IMG/VR virus record: IMGVR_UViG_3300021963_000012
Span: 1-35,276 of that record
Origin: a virus
DNA length: 35,276 nucleotides
Direction: 5' to 3' (one strand)
Shown here: positions 1 through 7,907 of the stretch, piece by piece
Position numbering within the stretch: the stretch's first letter is position 1
Layout: every line of letters starts with the position of its first letter
Notes under the pieces: generated by a model
Databases searched by the model: none
Seen by the model: the letters and a program-made list of their open reading frames with translations, nothing else
Told to the model about the DNA's origin: nothing
Program-made: the position numbers and the translations under genes

Positions 1-127
1 GTCAGGTCTTCCGCAGGTTGTGTCAACATCTGCTCGATGACTTGCAACCGTTGGGCATAGGTGTCCCGTAATTTGGCGGCTTCCTCTATCTTCGTGCGCT
101 CGGATTCGACTGCCTTGCGCTGTTCGG
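1..127. repeat. Terminal direct repeat, copy 1 (circular-contig overlap)
   Basis: Bases 1-127 (gtcaggtcttccgcaggttg...ccttgcgctgttcgg) recur exactly at 35150-35276. This gives a unit genome of 35149 bp. Confidence 0.95.
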
Positions 128-431
128 CTAGAGATTGCGTCTTTTTGGTGTAGTCAGATGTGCGTGAGTAGCCCTTAATCAGTTCGTCTAAGTCCACTTC
201 CAGTTCTTCGTTGTCAACCTTGACCCGAAACCTTTGTGGTGCTTCGACTTCCTCTTGGACTTCTTCGCCTTCCGCTTCCTCGTAAGTTTCGGCTTGCGCC
301 TCTACTTGCTCGGTTTCTTCCTGTGCTAGTTCCTCGGCTTGGCCTTCCGGCTGCTCTGGCTCCAACATCCCGAAGATTTTGGCGGCTGCATTGTCTACTG
401 TTGCACTCCCTTGCGGGTTGGTGTCTTCCAT
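1..431 (-). CDS. Scaffolding protein, N-terminal part (continues through the circular junction into 34636..35276)
   Basis: The minus-strand ORF opens at ATG 431..429 (MEDTNPQGSATVDNAAAKIFGMLEPEQPEGQAEELAQEETEQVEAQ...). It has no stop before base 1. It is in frame with ORF-track entry 34636..35196 via the overlap (431-47 = 384 nt). The joined product is 314 aa, acidic and E/Q/A-rich, and sits immediately upstream of the capsid gene. Confidence 0.6.
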   Translation of the reverse strand, partial: MEDTNPQGSATVDNAAAKIFGMLEPEQPEGQAEELAQEETEQVEAQAETYEEAEGEEVQEEVEAPQRFRVKVDNEELEVDLDELIKGYSRTSDYTKKTQSLAEQRKAVESERTKIEEAAKLRDTYAQRLQVIEQMLTQPAEDL

Positions 432-449
432 TTAGAACTCCTACTGTGG

Positions 450-683
450 TTAAAAAACCATAAACTTGCGTTTCTTGTCCATCTCCTTAGTTGCGGCTAT
501 GGACTTGAGTGACGCAATAAATTCTTCTAGCCCCTTGAGTTTTAGACGCTCGCGTTCACGAACATCTACATCCTCGTCAGAACTGTCTAAGATGTTGTTA
601 ATATACATCAGCCGTTGCTTTTCCACAACAGCCATAAAGAACTCGTCGTTTAGGTAGGCTATCGCCCGTTCTGTTTCGTTCAA
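450..683 (-). CDS. Hypothetical small protein between portal and scaffold
   Basis: 77-aa ORF. Its TTG start (683..681) overlaps the portal stop as TTGA. An alternative ATG lies at 635. No recognisable motif. Confidence 0.4.
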   Translation of the reverse strand: MNETERAIAYLNDEFFMAVVEKQRLMYINNILDSSDEDVDVRERERLKLKGLEEFIASLKSIAATKEMDKKRKFMVF

Positions 684-2776
684 CCAGGTATCTCCACGCC
701 TTGACCGCGACCTTGGGCAACCTCAAAGGCTTTGAGTTGCGCCTCGGCTTGGAACTCGGCACTCTTGAGTTCCATCTGTGCGGCGGCCTTCTCCCTAGCC
801 AACTGAATGTCTGCGGCGGCCTTCTCGCGCTGTAACTGGATGTCTGCCTGAGCCTTCGCCTGTTGTAGCTGGATGTCCGCTTGCGCCTTGGCTTGGTTAA
901 TCTGCATCTGGGCTTGCGCCTGTTGCATCAGGGCTGCGGTAGCGGGGTCAGGCTGTGGTTGTTGCGGTTGCAACATCGCCTGTTCCATCTCCGGCGTAAT
1001 CTCGCGGAAGAACTCGTTGGTGTCCTTGAACCCTGCGGACTCGATGAACCGACCCAAGGTGTTGCGGTACTGACTTGGGGACACGAGAGGGTTAGCCATG
1101 CCCATCTGGGCAAGAATCTGCTCCTGCTTTTGCAGGATTGCGGCCACCATCGCCATCTGTTGCTCACGGTTACCAGTACCCAGACCTACGTTTACCGTCA
1201 GGTCGTACTCGTTACTCCACTCTCTAGGGTCGATAGCCACGAACTTGCCACGCATCCGCACGATTCTCTGCTTGTCCTGATACTTGCAGACAAGGTGCAG
1301 GATGGACTTGAACAGGTCTTTTACCCCTGTCTCGGCAAATATCCTAGCAATCAACTCAACCTTTGCGGCTCCTGCGTTCTGAACCATAGCCACGGCTGTC
1401 GCGGTAGTGTTTTGCAGGATGTTGGGGTCTAAGCCCTGAGAAGCCTGTGTAACGCCTGTGCGCTTCTGCTGTATCTCGTCCATATAGGCAAGCATGGGGA
1501 AGGCTTGTCCGGCCACCAGAGGCACTTGTAGGGGCGTTATGGCAGCGTTGTTCTTGACCCGCACGATACCGCCTGGGGTGACGGTAAGCATATCGTCTAG
1601 GTTTACCTGCCCATCAACCACGGCCATCCGAGCGTTGTTAGAAAGATACAGGTTATCCAACATCTGACGTGTAATCGTGGTCTTAATCTTCTGGATGTCC
1701 ACCACGCGGTCGGCCAAGCTGTGCCCGAAGAACTTGTGAGGCATCGGGATTGGGCATACCGAGCAGAAAGGAATGAAGTCGCACTCCTCGTTCTCTAGGA
1801 TTGTGCCTCCGGCGAAAAACACACGGCGCAGTTCGGCAATGCCATCCTCATCAAAGTCTGTCCTGATGTAGCACTCGAACGTCTCAATCTCGTCCATGCT
1901 TGTGTCGAGGCTGGGGTCGTCCGGCTGCTCCCCATTCGGGAACCGCGCCACCCTCTCAGGGGTGAATGTCAGGTCGTCGTAGGCGGGCAGAGCATCAATC
2001 TCGTCGGTTTTAAAGCCCATGCTAAGTAACTCGGAACGGGTGGTCAGTCTACGGTGGGCTACAAATGGCGCGTCAGAGATACGACGAGCCTTCTTGGAGA
2101 TTAAGAACTCCTCTGGCGGTACGTTCTCGACTTTGACCGAACCCTTCTTGTTGACCTTCTTGACCGTCACGTTGTACGCGAACACGGGTTGCATTGTCAT
2201 TTCTGGCGCAACACCCGTCTGCTGGGCAAGCATCATCTGCTCTGGCGTAGGAGGAACGGGAACCTCGCCTACCTGAATCTGGCGTTGCTTGACCACCTCC
2301 ATCTGCCCGTCTGCTAGTAGCAGGGTCAGTTCTTCCTCGGACAGGTTCTCGTACTTCTCCTTATCCACCGTGGTCTCGTCATTCCACCAGACCTTGACGA
2401 CACCCGCCTTCTGGAGGAGCGCGTCCTTGAACCACGTCTGGAATACCTCAAAGCCTGGGTTGTCGTTCATCAGCACCCAGTTGCAATACTCGGTGGCTTG
2501 CTTGGCCTTCTCCTCGTCGCCAGGTGCTTTGGGTTCAAACCGCACCACGTCGTCGGATTGGGTAAAGACACGCAGGAGTTGTGGCAACGCACCATCTACG
2601 GCTTCTGCGACTTCCCCTGTAACAATAGTGCTACGCCCCTCGACCTCGTTGCCGTAGGGTTCGCGGTTGTACGCCATCAGCGCATCGCGGCGTTCCTCTA
2701 CGGTCTCGGTATTGATGTAGCCGAGTGCATTGTCTATCTCGTTTTCAATGATGGCTTGTAGGTCAAATTCTTGCAT
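680..2776 (-). CDS. Portal protein
   Basis: 698 aa, directly downstream of TerL and upstream of scaffold and capsid. Size and position are typical of a portal. The C-terminus carries tandem QAKAQADIQLQ-type repeats. Confidence 0.8.
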   Translation of the reverse strand: MQEFDLQAIIENEIDNALGYINTETVEERRDALMAYNREPYGNEVEGRSTIVTGEVAEAVDGALPQLLRVFTQSDDVVRFEPKAPGDEEKAKQATEYCNWVLMNDNPGFEVFQTWFKDALLQKAGVVKVWWNDETTVDKEKYENLSEEELTLLLADGQMEVVKQRQIQVGEVPVPPTPEQMMLAQQTGVAPEMTMQPVFAYNVTVKKVNKKGSVKVENVPPEEFLISKKARRISDAPFVAHRRLTTRSELLSMGFKTDEIDALPAYDDLTFTPERVARFPNGEQPDDPSLDTSMDEIETFECYIRTDFDEDGIAELRRVFFAGGTILENEECDFIPFCSVCPIPMPHKFFGHSLADRVVDIQKIKTTITRQMLDNLYLSNNARMAVVDGQVNLDDMLTVTPGGIVRVKNNAAITPLQVPLVAGQAFPMLAYMDEIQQKRTGVTQASQGLDPNILQNTTATAVAMVQNAGAAKVELIARIFAETGVKDLFKSILHLVCKYQDKQRIVRMRGKFVAIDPREWSNEYDLTVNVGLGTGNREQQMAMVAAILQKQEQILAQMGMANPLVSPSQYRNTLGRFIESAGFKDTNEFFREITPEMEQAMLQPQQPQPDPATAALMQQAQAQMQINQAKAQADIQLQQAKAQADIQLQREKAAADIQLAREKAAAQMELKSAEFQAEAQLKAFEVAQGRGQGVEIPG

Positions 2777-4027
2777 TTAGACAATCCATTTCGTGTTAAT
2801 CGGTAGCGGTTTGCCCCATGTGCTAGTGGTATTCAAGCCAACAGCGAGATACCTAAAGGCATCCGCAGCGTGACTTGACCAGTCATGCAGGGGTTTGTCG
2901 TAGTAAACATTGCGCTTCTCATCGTACTCGCGGCGGTAGTTGCGTAGTGCATCTGCGCCTTGTTTAGTTCGTGGATGGAAGTAGCAATTAGGTAACAGTC
3001 GCCTGACGGCCTGAATACCATCGTCGATTGAGATTCTTGGACACACGGTGATGTTGAGTCCAAGGTCTTGTAAGACTTCTTTTCTGCTCTTGCCTGTGCC
3101 GAGTTCTCGTACTTCAACGTCGTGGGGCAAGATGTGTTCAGCCTTTGTGTAATCATTTTGCTTAATCCAGTTGACGTACCAATCTAGTCCTTGGCCGTGG
3201 TTCTCAACATAGTCAACGAGCCGCCTCTCCTGCCCCGCAACCTGGCAAACCCATATAGCTGTGCTATCCCCAACCCCCAAGTCCCAGGCCGTGTATGTCT
3301 TGCAGAGGCTGTCTGTGGCGAACTCGGTAAAGCGTTCAGGTGCAAGCGTATTAAGTATTGCGCCGTAATACGCACCCTCAACCGCAGCATTAAAGGAACA
3401 CTCAAATTCCGTTGCGAACTTGTCGTCGCCCATCTCTTTCTTGGCAGCTTCAAGTTCCTCTGCGCTGATAATACCTGTCTGCGAAGCCTTAAATTCAAGT
3501 AACGCCCACCCTTCCTCTTTCTCTGCCCTGTCGCGCAAGTCCTTAAAGTGGTTTGCGCCCTTCGGTGTCCCGATGAACAACGCCCATCCTAGTCTATCCG
3601 TTAGCGCAGGTCTTAGCACCTCGTTCCAGACCTTCGGGTTCATGTCCCCTACCTCGTCCAGCACAACCCCGTCTAAGTATATTCCTCGCAGGGAATCTGG
3701 GTTGTCTGCACCGTAGAGGCTTATGCGCCTTCCGTAGAAGTCTACCCTGAGTTCGCTGATGTTAGCCGTTGGGGTCAGGGGCTCCGTAAACTTTAGTAGG
3801 TAGTCAAACGCCACCCGCTTTGCTTGGGAGTAGGTTGGGGCAACGTAGGCATACCGTGGGCTTTCCTTACCGCAGAGCATGGCTGCGCGGATAAGGTGGT
3901 TTATGGCAGCAACAGTCTTGCCGAACCTACGATGGCATACAGCCACCGCAAACCTATTAGCCTCCAACGCATCGTGAACCAGAAGCTGTTGGGGTCTTGG
4001 TGCATACGGAATTGTTACTTCTGCCAC
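2777..4027 (-). CDS. terL: Terminase large subunit
   Basis: Walker A-like CHRRFGKTV, Walker B-like GVVLDEVGD, and RNaseH-like nuclease motifs AWDLGVGDSTAIW and HDWSSHAADAFRY. Its stop abuts the portal start. Confidence 0.9.
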   Translation of the reverse strand: MAEVTIPYAPRPQQLLVHDALEANRFAVAVCHRRFGKTVAAINHLIRAAMLCGKESPRYAYVAPTYSQAKRVAFDYLLKFTEPLTPTANISELRVDFYGRRISLYGADNPDSLRGIYLDGVVLDEVGDMNPKVWNEVLRPALTDRLGWALFIGTPKGANHFKDLRDRAEKEEGWALLEFKASQTGIISAEELEAAKKEMGDDKFATEFECSFNAAVEGAYYGAILNTLAPERFTEFATDSLCKTYTAWDLGVGDSTAIWVCQVAGQERRLVDYVENHGQGLDWYVNWIKQNDYTKAEHILPHDVEVRELGTGKSRKEVLQDLGLNITVCPRISIDDGIQAVRRLLPNCYFHPRTKQGADALRNYRREYDEKRNVYYDKPLHDWSSHAADAFRYLAVGLNTTSTWGKPLPINTKWIV

Positions 4028-4350
4028 GAGATTACCAGGGGTTGACCGTCTAATCCTGAGTGTTCGTTAACCTGCGTTTCCTTCCACCCAGCCCTGGTCT
4101 TTAGCCAAAATATCATTGCCGTGGTGTTGCCGTTCTTGGCCTGTTCGTATAGCGACTTGCCTATCTGCGCGTTAGCGTCTACCCGCCCATCGTCTAGTTC
4201 CTGGCGGTAATACTTGGCTAGCGTGTCTGCGCTGATTCCGAGCTTTGTTGCTATGTCTTCGTGCCGGATACCTACCGCAGCCAGAGTCTTGACTTGAAGC
4301 CGATTCTGGTCAGTTGGTTGGTGAGCCGGTCTGCCCACTCCTTCTGCCAT
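4015..4350 (-). CDS. terS: Terminase small subunit (HTH DNA-binding)
   Basis: 111 aa with an HTH-like segment VKTLAAVGIRHEDIATKLGISADTLAKYY. It overlaps the TerL start by 13 nt. SD GGAGATATAAAGATG. Confidence 0.6.
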   Translation of the reverse strand: MAEGVGRPAHQPTDQNRLQVKTLAAVGIRHEDIATKLGISADTLAKYYRQELDDGRVDANAQIGKSLYEQAKNGNTTAMIFWLKTRAGWKETQVNEHSGLDGQPLVISWQK

Positions 4351-4497
4351 CTTTATATCTCCGTTAAATTAAACTGCCTGACTTCTAACTTGTCCGCATT
4401 AGTCTGCATTTTGCGGAACATCTCCGCTTTTGACTTGTGGACGAACAAGGCAAAATCTACCGGCGAGCCGTCGTGCTTATATACCACGAGCCATCTC

Positions 4498-5694
4498 TTA
4501 TACAAGTTCAGCCTTCTGCCCGGTGAAGTCTTCCCACCGCTTTACTATTACATCGCAATACTTGGGGTCTAGTTCCATCAGTCGGGCGGTACGTCCGTTT
4601 TTCTCTGCCGCAATCATTGTAGAGCCAGAGCCGCCAAACAAGTCTAAAACAATGTCCTGTCCCTTAGTGTTGTTTAGCAACTGGTACTCAATCAGTTCCA
4701 CCGGCTTCATAGTGGGGTGGACATCGTTCCGCTTTGGGCGTTTGCACTCAATAATAGTGACTTGCTTGCGGTCTGTAGCCCAAAGGTGACCTGCCCCGTC
4801 TTTCCATCCATATAGGCAAGGCTCGTGCTTCCAATGGTAGTCTTGCCGCCCCATGACCATCGTATCTTTGTTCCAGATGAGGCACTGTCTAACCTTCCAG
4901 TTAGTATCCTTACACGCCCCGCGAAAGTTGTAGCCTTCTGAGTCTGCGTGCCAAATATAGAACACCGCACCTGACTTCATTACCGTATCTGCGGCCACAA
5001 AGGCGTCCCGCAAGAACTGTCTAAACTGGTCGTCCGACATTTCGTCGTTTTTAATTGTTAAGGCTTCTTTAGTCTTGCCCTCATACGCCACGTTATACGG
5101 AGGGTCGGTAATGAGAATGTCGGCCAGTTGCCCGTCCATCAGCTTCTCTACGGCATCTATGCTGGTGGAGTCCCCGCACATTAACCTGTGCCGTCCAAGT
5201 TGGTAGATGTCGCCCGGCTTGGTCTTGGGTTCCTCTGGAACCTCTGGGACTGCGTCTTCGTCTGTCAGACCATCGGTTTCTTTTATCGGGTTTAGCAGGG
5301 CGTTTAGCTCGTCTGCCTCGAACCCTAGCAGGGACAGGTCAAAGTCCTCGCCGTCTAATTCCTGTAACTCCAGCGTTAGCATCTGGTCGTCCCACCCTGC
5401 GTTCAATGCTAGGCGGTTATCCGCTATCACGTAGGCTTTGCGCTGGGTGTCTGATAGGTGAGCCAGCCTTATACACGGGACGGCCTGTAAGCCTAGTTTC
5501 TGCGCGGCCATGACCCTGCCGTGACCGGCAATGATTCCGTTGTCCTCGTCTACTAAGACGGGGTTGTTAAAGCCAAACTCCTTGATGCTTCCCGCTATCT
5601 GCGCTACCTGCGCTTCGCTGTGGGTTCTAGAGTTCTTTGCGTAAGGGATTAGTCCCTTGGTTTCAAGCCATTCTATTGTTTTTGCGCCCTGCAT
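4498..5694 (-). CDS. ParB-like nuclease domain fused to a DNA methyltransferase (N6A/N4C, beta class)
   Basis: N-terminal ParB-like motif PYAKNSRTHSEAQVAQIAGSIKEFGFNNPVLVD..IIAGHGRVMAA. Catalytic motif IV is ITDPPYNV. AdoMet motif I, LDLFGGSGST, lies near the C-terminus. Confidence 0.85.
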   Translation of the reverse strand: MQGAKTIEWLETKGLIPYAKNSRTHSEAQVAQIAGSIKEFGFNNPVLVDEDNGIIAGHGRVMAAQKLGLQAVPCIRLAHLSDTQRKAYVIADNRLALNAGWDDQMLTLELQELDGEDFDLSLLGFEADELNALLNPIKETDGLTDEDAVPEVPEEPKTKPGDIYQLGRHRLMCGDSTSIDAVEKLMDGQLADILITDPPYNVAYEGKTKEALTIKNDEMSDDQFRQFLRDAFVAADTVMKSGAVFYIWHADSEGYNFRGACKDTNWKVRQCLIWNKDTMVMGRQDYHWKHEPCLYGWKDGAGHLWATDRKQVTIIECKRPKRNDVHPTMKPVELIEYQLLNNTKGQDIVLDLFGGSGSTMIAAEKNGRTARLMELDPKYCDVIVKRWEDFTGQKAELV

Positions 5695-5813
5695 CCGATT
5701 CCTCTAAGGTTGTTCGGTTGTTACTATTATACAACAATTATAAACCTAGTTTTGCAAGAATACGCTTGGCTAGTAGTTTTATGTCCGACCACAAGGCTTG
5801 TAACTTTTCCATG

Positions 5814-6341
5814 TCAATCCTTCCTGAGTATGACTTGCAGGGCATCTACCGCACGAGGGGTTCTTATGACGGTCTCTGTGGGAACCTTTTGCTCCCGCAT
5901 CTCGTGACCTAAGTCCGAGAGTTCGAAGCCCATCTGCGTACAGGTGAACTTCTCGTCCCAGTTTAGATACCAATGCCAATCTGTGTAATATAAGAATGAG
6001 TTTTCGTTAAACGCCCGTACATGAGTCGGGTCTTGCCACGCGCCTAGACTTAGGTCGTAGGGCACATGGATGTGCATCTCACCGCCTCGCTTCAACAGGT
6101 CTCGGCAGTTAGTCATTGCGGTTACAAGGTCAGGGATATGCTCCAAGACATCGTTGGCGATTATCTCGGTAAACATTCCCTTCTCGACCGCAAACCGTCC
6201 TAGTCGGGTGTCTATCACCTCGCCCCACGGTACTTTTGTAATGTCTAGCACCCAATCGGGTTTCTTCTCTGGCTGGATGTCGGCGTTTATAGAATCCTTA
6301 CGCCAGTCCTTGCCGCTGCCTAAGTTTAGAGATAAGCCCAT
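5814..6341 (-). CDS. Class I SAM-dependent methyltransferase (Methyltransf_11/23-like), substrate unknown
   Basis: Motif I-like LNLGSGKD, then IIANDVLEHIPD and LLKRGGEMHIHVP. A strong SD (GGAGGACGTAGATG) sits inside the 3' end of the upstream acetyltransferase. Confidence 0.7.
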   Translation of the reverse strand: MGLSLNLGSGKDWRKDSINADIQPEKKPDWVLDITKVPWGEVIDTRLGRFAVEKGMFTEIIANDVLEHIPDLVTAMTNCRDLLKRGGEMHIHVPYDLSLGAWQDPTHVRAFNENSFLYYTDWHWYLNWDEKFTCTQMGFELSDLGHEMREQKVPTETVIRTPRAVDALQVILRKD

Positions 6342-6816
6342 CTACGTCCTCCGAACACAATGCTGGAATAAGCGGCTCTATCTCCGCATCCGTCAAGTCC
6401 CACCAGGCTAATTCTAGCAGGGACGCAATCTGTTCGTCTGTAAACCGCTTCTTTACCACCTTGGCTGGGTTGCCTGCCACGATACAGTAGTCAGGAACAT
6501 CCCTTGTAACCACGGAATTACCCGCTACAACCGCCCCGTTGCCGATGGTGACCCCAGAGTAGATGGTAGCGTTTGCGCCCACCCACACGTCGTTTTTGAT
6601 ATTAACGTCGCCTTTAGTAGCGGGGTGGCCTTCTATTGAAACCTTAAATACGTCTTTAGAGGTATGCCCGAATGGGAAAGTCGTCACCCAGTCGGTGCGG
6701 TGGTTGCCGCCTAGAAATATCTGAACCCCAAAGGCTAGACTGCAAAAGTTGCCGATGGTGTACTTTGCCCCCTCCCCCCATTGGAAAATCTGGGGGTTGC
6801 CGTAACTATGCCTCAC
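6298..6816 (-). CDS. Xenobiotic acetyltransferase (XAT; Vat/CatB-like hexapeptide-repeat acetyltransferase)
   Basis: Motifs IGNFCSLAFGVQIFLGGNHRTDWVTTFPF, KGDVNIKNDVWVGANATIYSGVTIGNGAVVAGNSVVTRDVPDYCIVAGNPAKVVKKRF and LELAWWD match the left-handed beta-helix, catalytic His and C-terminal WW(D/N) signature of Vat/CatB enzymes. The GTG start overlaps the upstream stop as GTGA. Confidence 0.8.
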   Translation of the reverse strand: MRHSYGNPQIFQWGEGAKYTIGNFCSLAFGVQIFLGGNHRTDWVTTFPFGHTSKDVFKVSIEGHPATKGDVNIKNDVWVGANATIYSGVTIGNGAVVAGNSVVTRDVPDYCIVAGNPAKVVKKRFTDEQIASLLELAWWDLTDAEIEPLIPALCSEDVDGLISKLRQRQGLA

Positions 6817-7145
6817 TTTTTCGGCTTGTATCTTTCCTTGAGCCTGTCGCCCGTCGCTTTGAGCTTGCGGAGGTCGGCTTCGTTTTTGGGGATTGCGCTA
6901 CCCCACCTTTTGAATTGCATGGCGGCTGGGGTTGGGCGACCTTTTTCGTCTTTGAGCGGGTGGTTGGCTGTGAGGGCTTGGGCGGCTTTACGGGAGAGGA
7001 ACTTGCCTCTGTCGTACTGGTTTCCTGACGTGGACGACCTAACAGGTGCGCGAACATCTCCACCAGACCGATTATGTTCGGCCATTTTCTTCGTAGTTGC
7101 TCTGTCATAGGCTTCGAACCGCTTGGCAGCGTCCCTTATCTTCAT
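6813..7145 (-). CDS. Basic (K/R-rich) small protein, unknown function
   Basis: 110 aa (MKIRDAAKRFEAYDRATTKKMAEHNRSGG...LKERYKPKK). Its ATG overlaps the upstream stop as ATGA. The competing frame 6806..7108 lacks coupling. Confidence 0.55.
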   Translation of the reverse strand: MKIRDAAKRFEAYDRATTKKMAEHNRSGGDVRAPVRSSTSGNQYDRGKFLSRKAAQALTANHPLKDEKGRPTPAAMQFKRWGSAIPKNEADLRKLKATGDRLKERYKPKK

Positions 7146-7303
7146 TTCTTGGCTTGCGCCCCGCGCATATTAGCCAGGAGGCTAGGGTACTTTGTCCCCG
7201 TGGACTTGGCAAACCGCTTGGCGGCTGCCTTCTGGTTGGGGCTGAGTGCCTTGGGTTTTCCCAGAGCCTTTGGTCTAGCCTTCTCGTAGACTTCTTTCTT
7301 CAT
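7142..7303 (-). CDS. Lys-rich mini-protein (53 aa), not in the ORF track
   Basis: Hand translation gives MKKEVYEKARPKALGKPKALSPNQKAAAKRFAKSTGTKYPSLLANMRGAQAKK. It has ATGA overlaps at both ends (7300-7303 and 7142-7145). Confidence 0.55.
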   Translation of the reverse strand: MKKEVYEKARPKALGKPKALSPNQKAAAKRFAKSTGTKYPSLLANMRGAQAKK

Positions 7304-7458
7304 TTCTTCACCTTGTTTGGTAGTTTCTTGAGGCTAGACTGACCTTCCTTAACCATCTTCTTGGCGACCTTTTGAGGGACACCCGTAGCCTTGGCGACCT
7401 TGGGATTAGCGGCTGCGGCGAACATTAGTTTGGCTTGGGCTTTAGAGCGAAACGGCAT
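7300..7458 (-). CDS. Lys-rich mini-protein, DUF3008-like (SKAQ..M.AA motif)
   Basis: MPFRSKAQAKLMFAAAANPKVAKATGVPQKVAKKMVKEGQSSLKKLPNKVKK. ATG 7458..7456 shares one base with the upstream TAA stop. The longer track ORF (to 7491) would overlap the upstream gene. Confidence 0.55.
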   Translation of the reverse strand: MPFRSKAQAKLMFAAAANPKVAKATGVPQKVAKKMVKEGQSSLKKLPNKVKK

Positions 7459-7787
7459 TAGTCTTCCCCTTCTTCTTCCATGCTTTCCCACGCATCGCAG
7501 ACATTATCCGCGCTGCACTTGAACTCGTAAACGTCGCAGAACACCTCGTTCTTGCCCAGACCACAGCCCTTCAACTTTATCCCGTACTCGCAGTTGCCAC
7601 ACTTGGACTCGCCCTCGCTAGGGCCGTATTTGGCGGTCAGGATGGCTTTTTGCTTGTTGCCACGGTTGACTATCTCGTCCTGTGTGGCAAGCGGACAGGA
7701 GCCTTCCTCGTCGAGAAGGCCACCTTCCATCTCCTTGGACTCCCTTGGTTTCCCAAGTAGTCCAATCATTATTGTTGGCCCTTTCAT
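7458..7787 (-). CDS. Acidic Cys-rich protein (possible metal or Fe-S binding, HiPIP-like Cys spacing)
   Basis: 109 aa. The C-terminal half reads KYGPSEGESKCGNCEYGIKLKGCGLGKNEVFCDVYEFKCSADNVCDAWES, with 6 Cys including CxxC and a terminal C.AW. ATGA-coupled to the upstream mini-ORF. Confidence 0.55.
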   Translation of the reverse strand: MKGPTIMIGLLGKPRESKEMEGGLLDEEGSCPLATQDEIVNRGNKQKAILTAKYGPSEGESKCGNCEYGIKLKGCGLGKNEVFCDVYEFKCSADNVCDAWESMEEEGED

Positions 7788-7855
7788 TTCTTGGGAGCGT
7801 ACTTACCCGGCTTGGCGGGCTTCTTAGCTGGCTTCATTGGTTTTTTGCCGTACAT
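7784..7855 (-). CDS. Lys/Pro-rich micro-protein (23 aa), first ORF after the early/late terminator
   Basis: MYGKKPMKPAKKPAKPGKYAPKK. SD GGAGAACGATATG. Its stop overlaps the next start as ATGA (7784-7787). Below the ORF-track cutoff. Confidence 0.45.
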   Translation of the reverse strand: MYGKKPMKPAKKPAKPGKYAPKK

Positions 7856-7873
7856 ATCGTTCTCCGTTTCGGT

Positions 7874-7907
7874 AAAAGAAAACCCCCCCGACTTTTGGCC
7901 GAGGGGG
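7874..7907 (-). terminator. Rho-independent terminator ending the leftward early operon
   Basis: Minus-strand RNA forms CCCCCUCG-loop(9 nt)-CGGGGGGG, an 8-bp G/C stem with one G.U, followed by UUUUCUUUU. Only about 18 nt separate it from the next ORF. Confidence 0.8.

Noticed and set aside
236-463. 75-aa plus-strand ORF (Leu/Pro/Arg-rich).
   Set aside because: It is antisense to the scaffold N-terminus, which is in frame across the circular junction. Its composition is typical of a shadow ORF.
4413-4431. Plus-strand hairpin GCGGA-ACATC-TCCGC followed by TTTT, which looks terminator-like.
   Set aside because: No plus-strand gene is nearby. The 5-bp stem is weak, and on the coding (minus) strand it is not followed by a U-tract.
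6806-7108. Alternative 100-aa minus-strand ORF overlapping 6813-7145.
   Set aside because: The competing frame (6813-7145) has ATGA and GTGA coupling at both ends and a more protein-like sequence. This one is P/S/T/K low-complexity without coupling.
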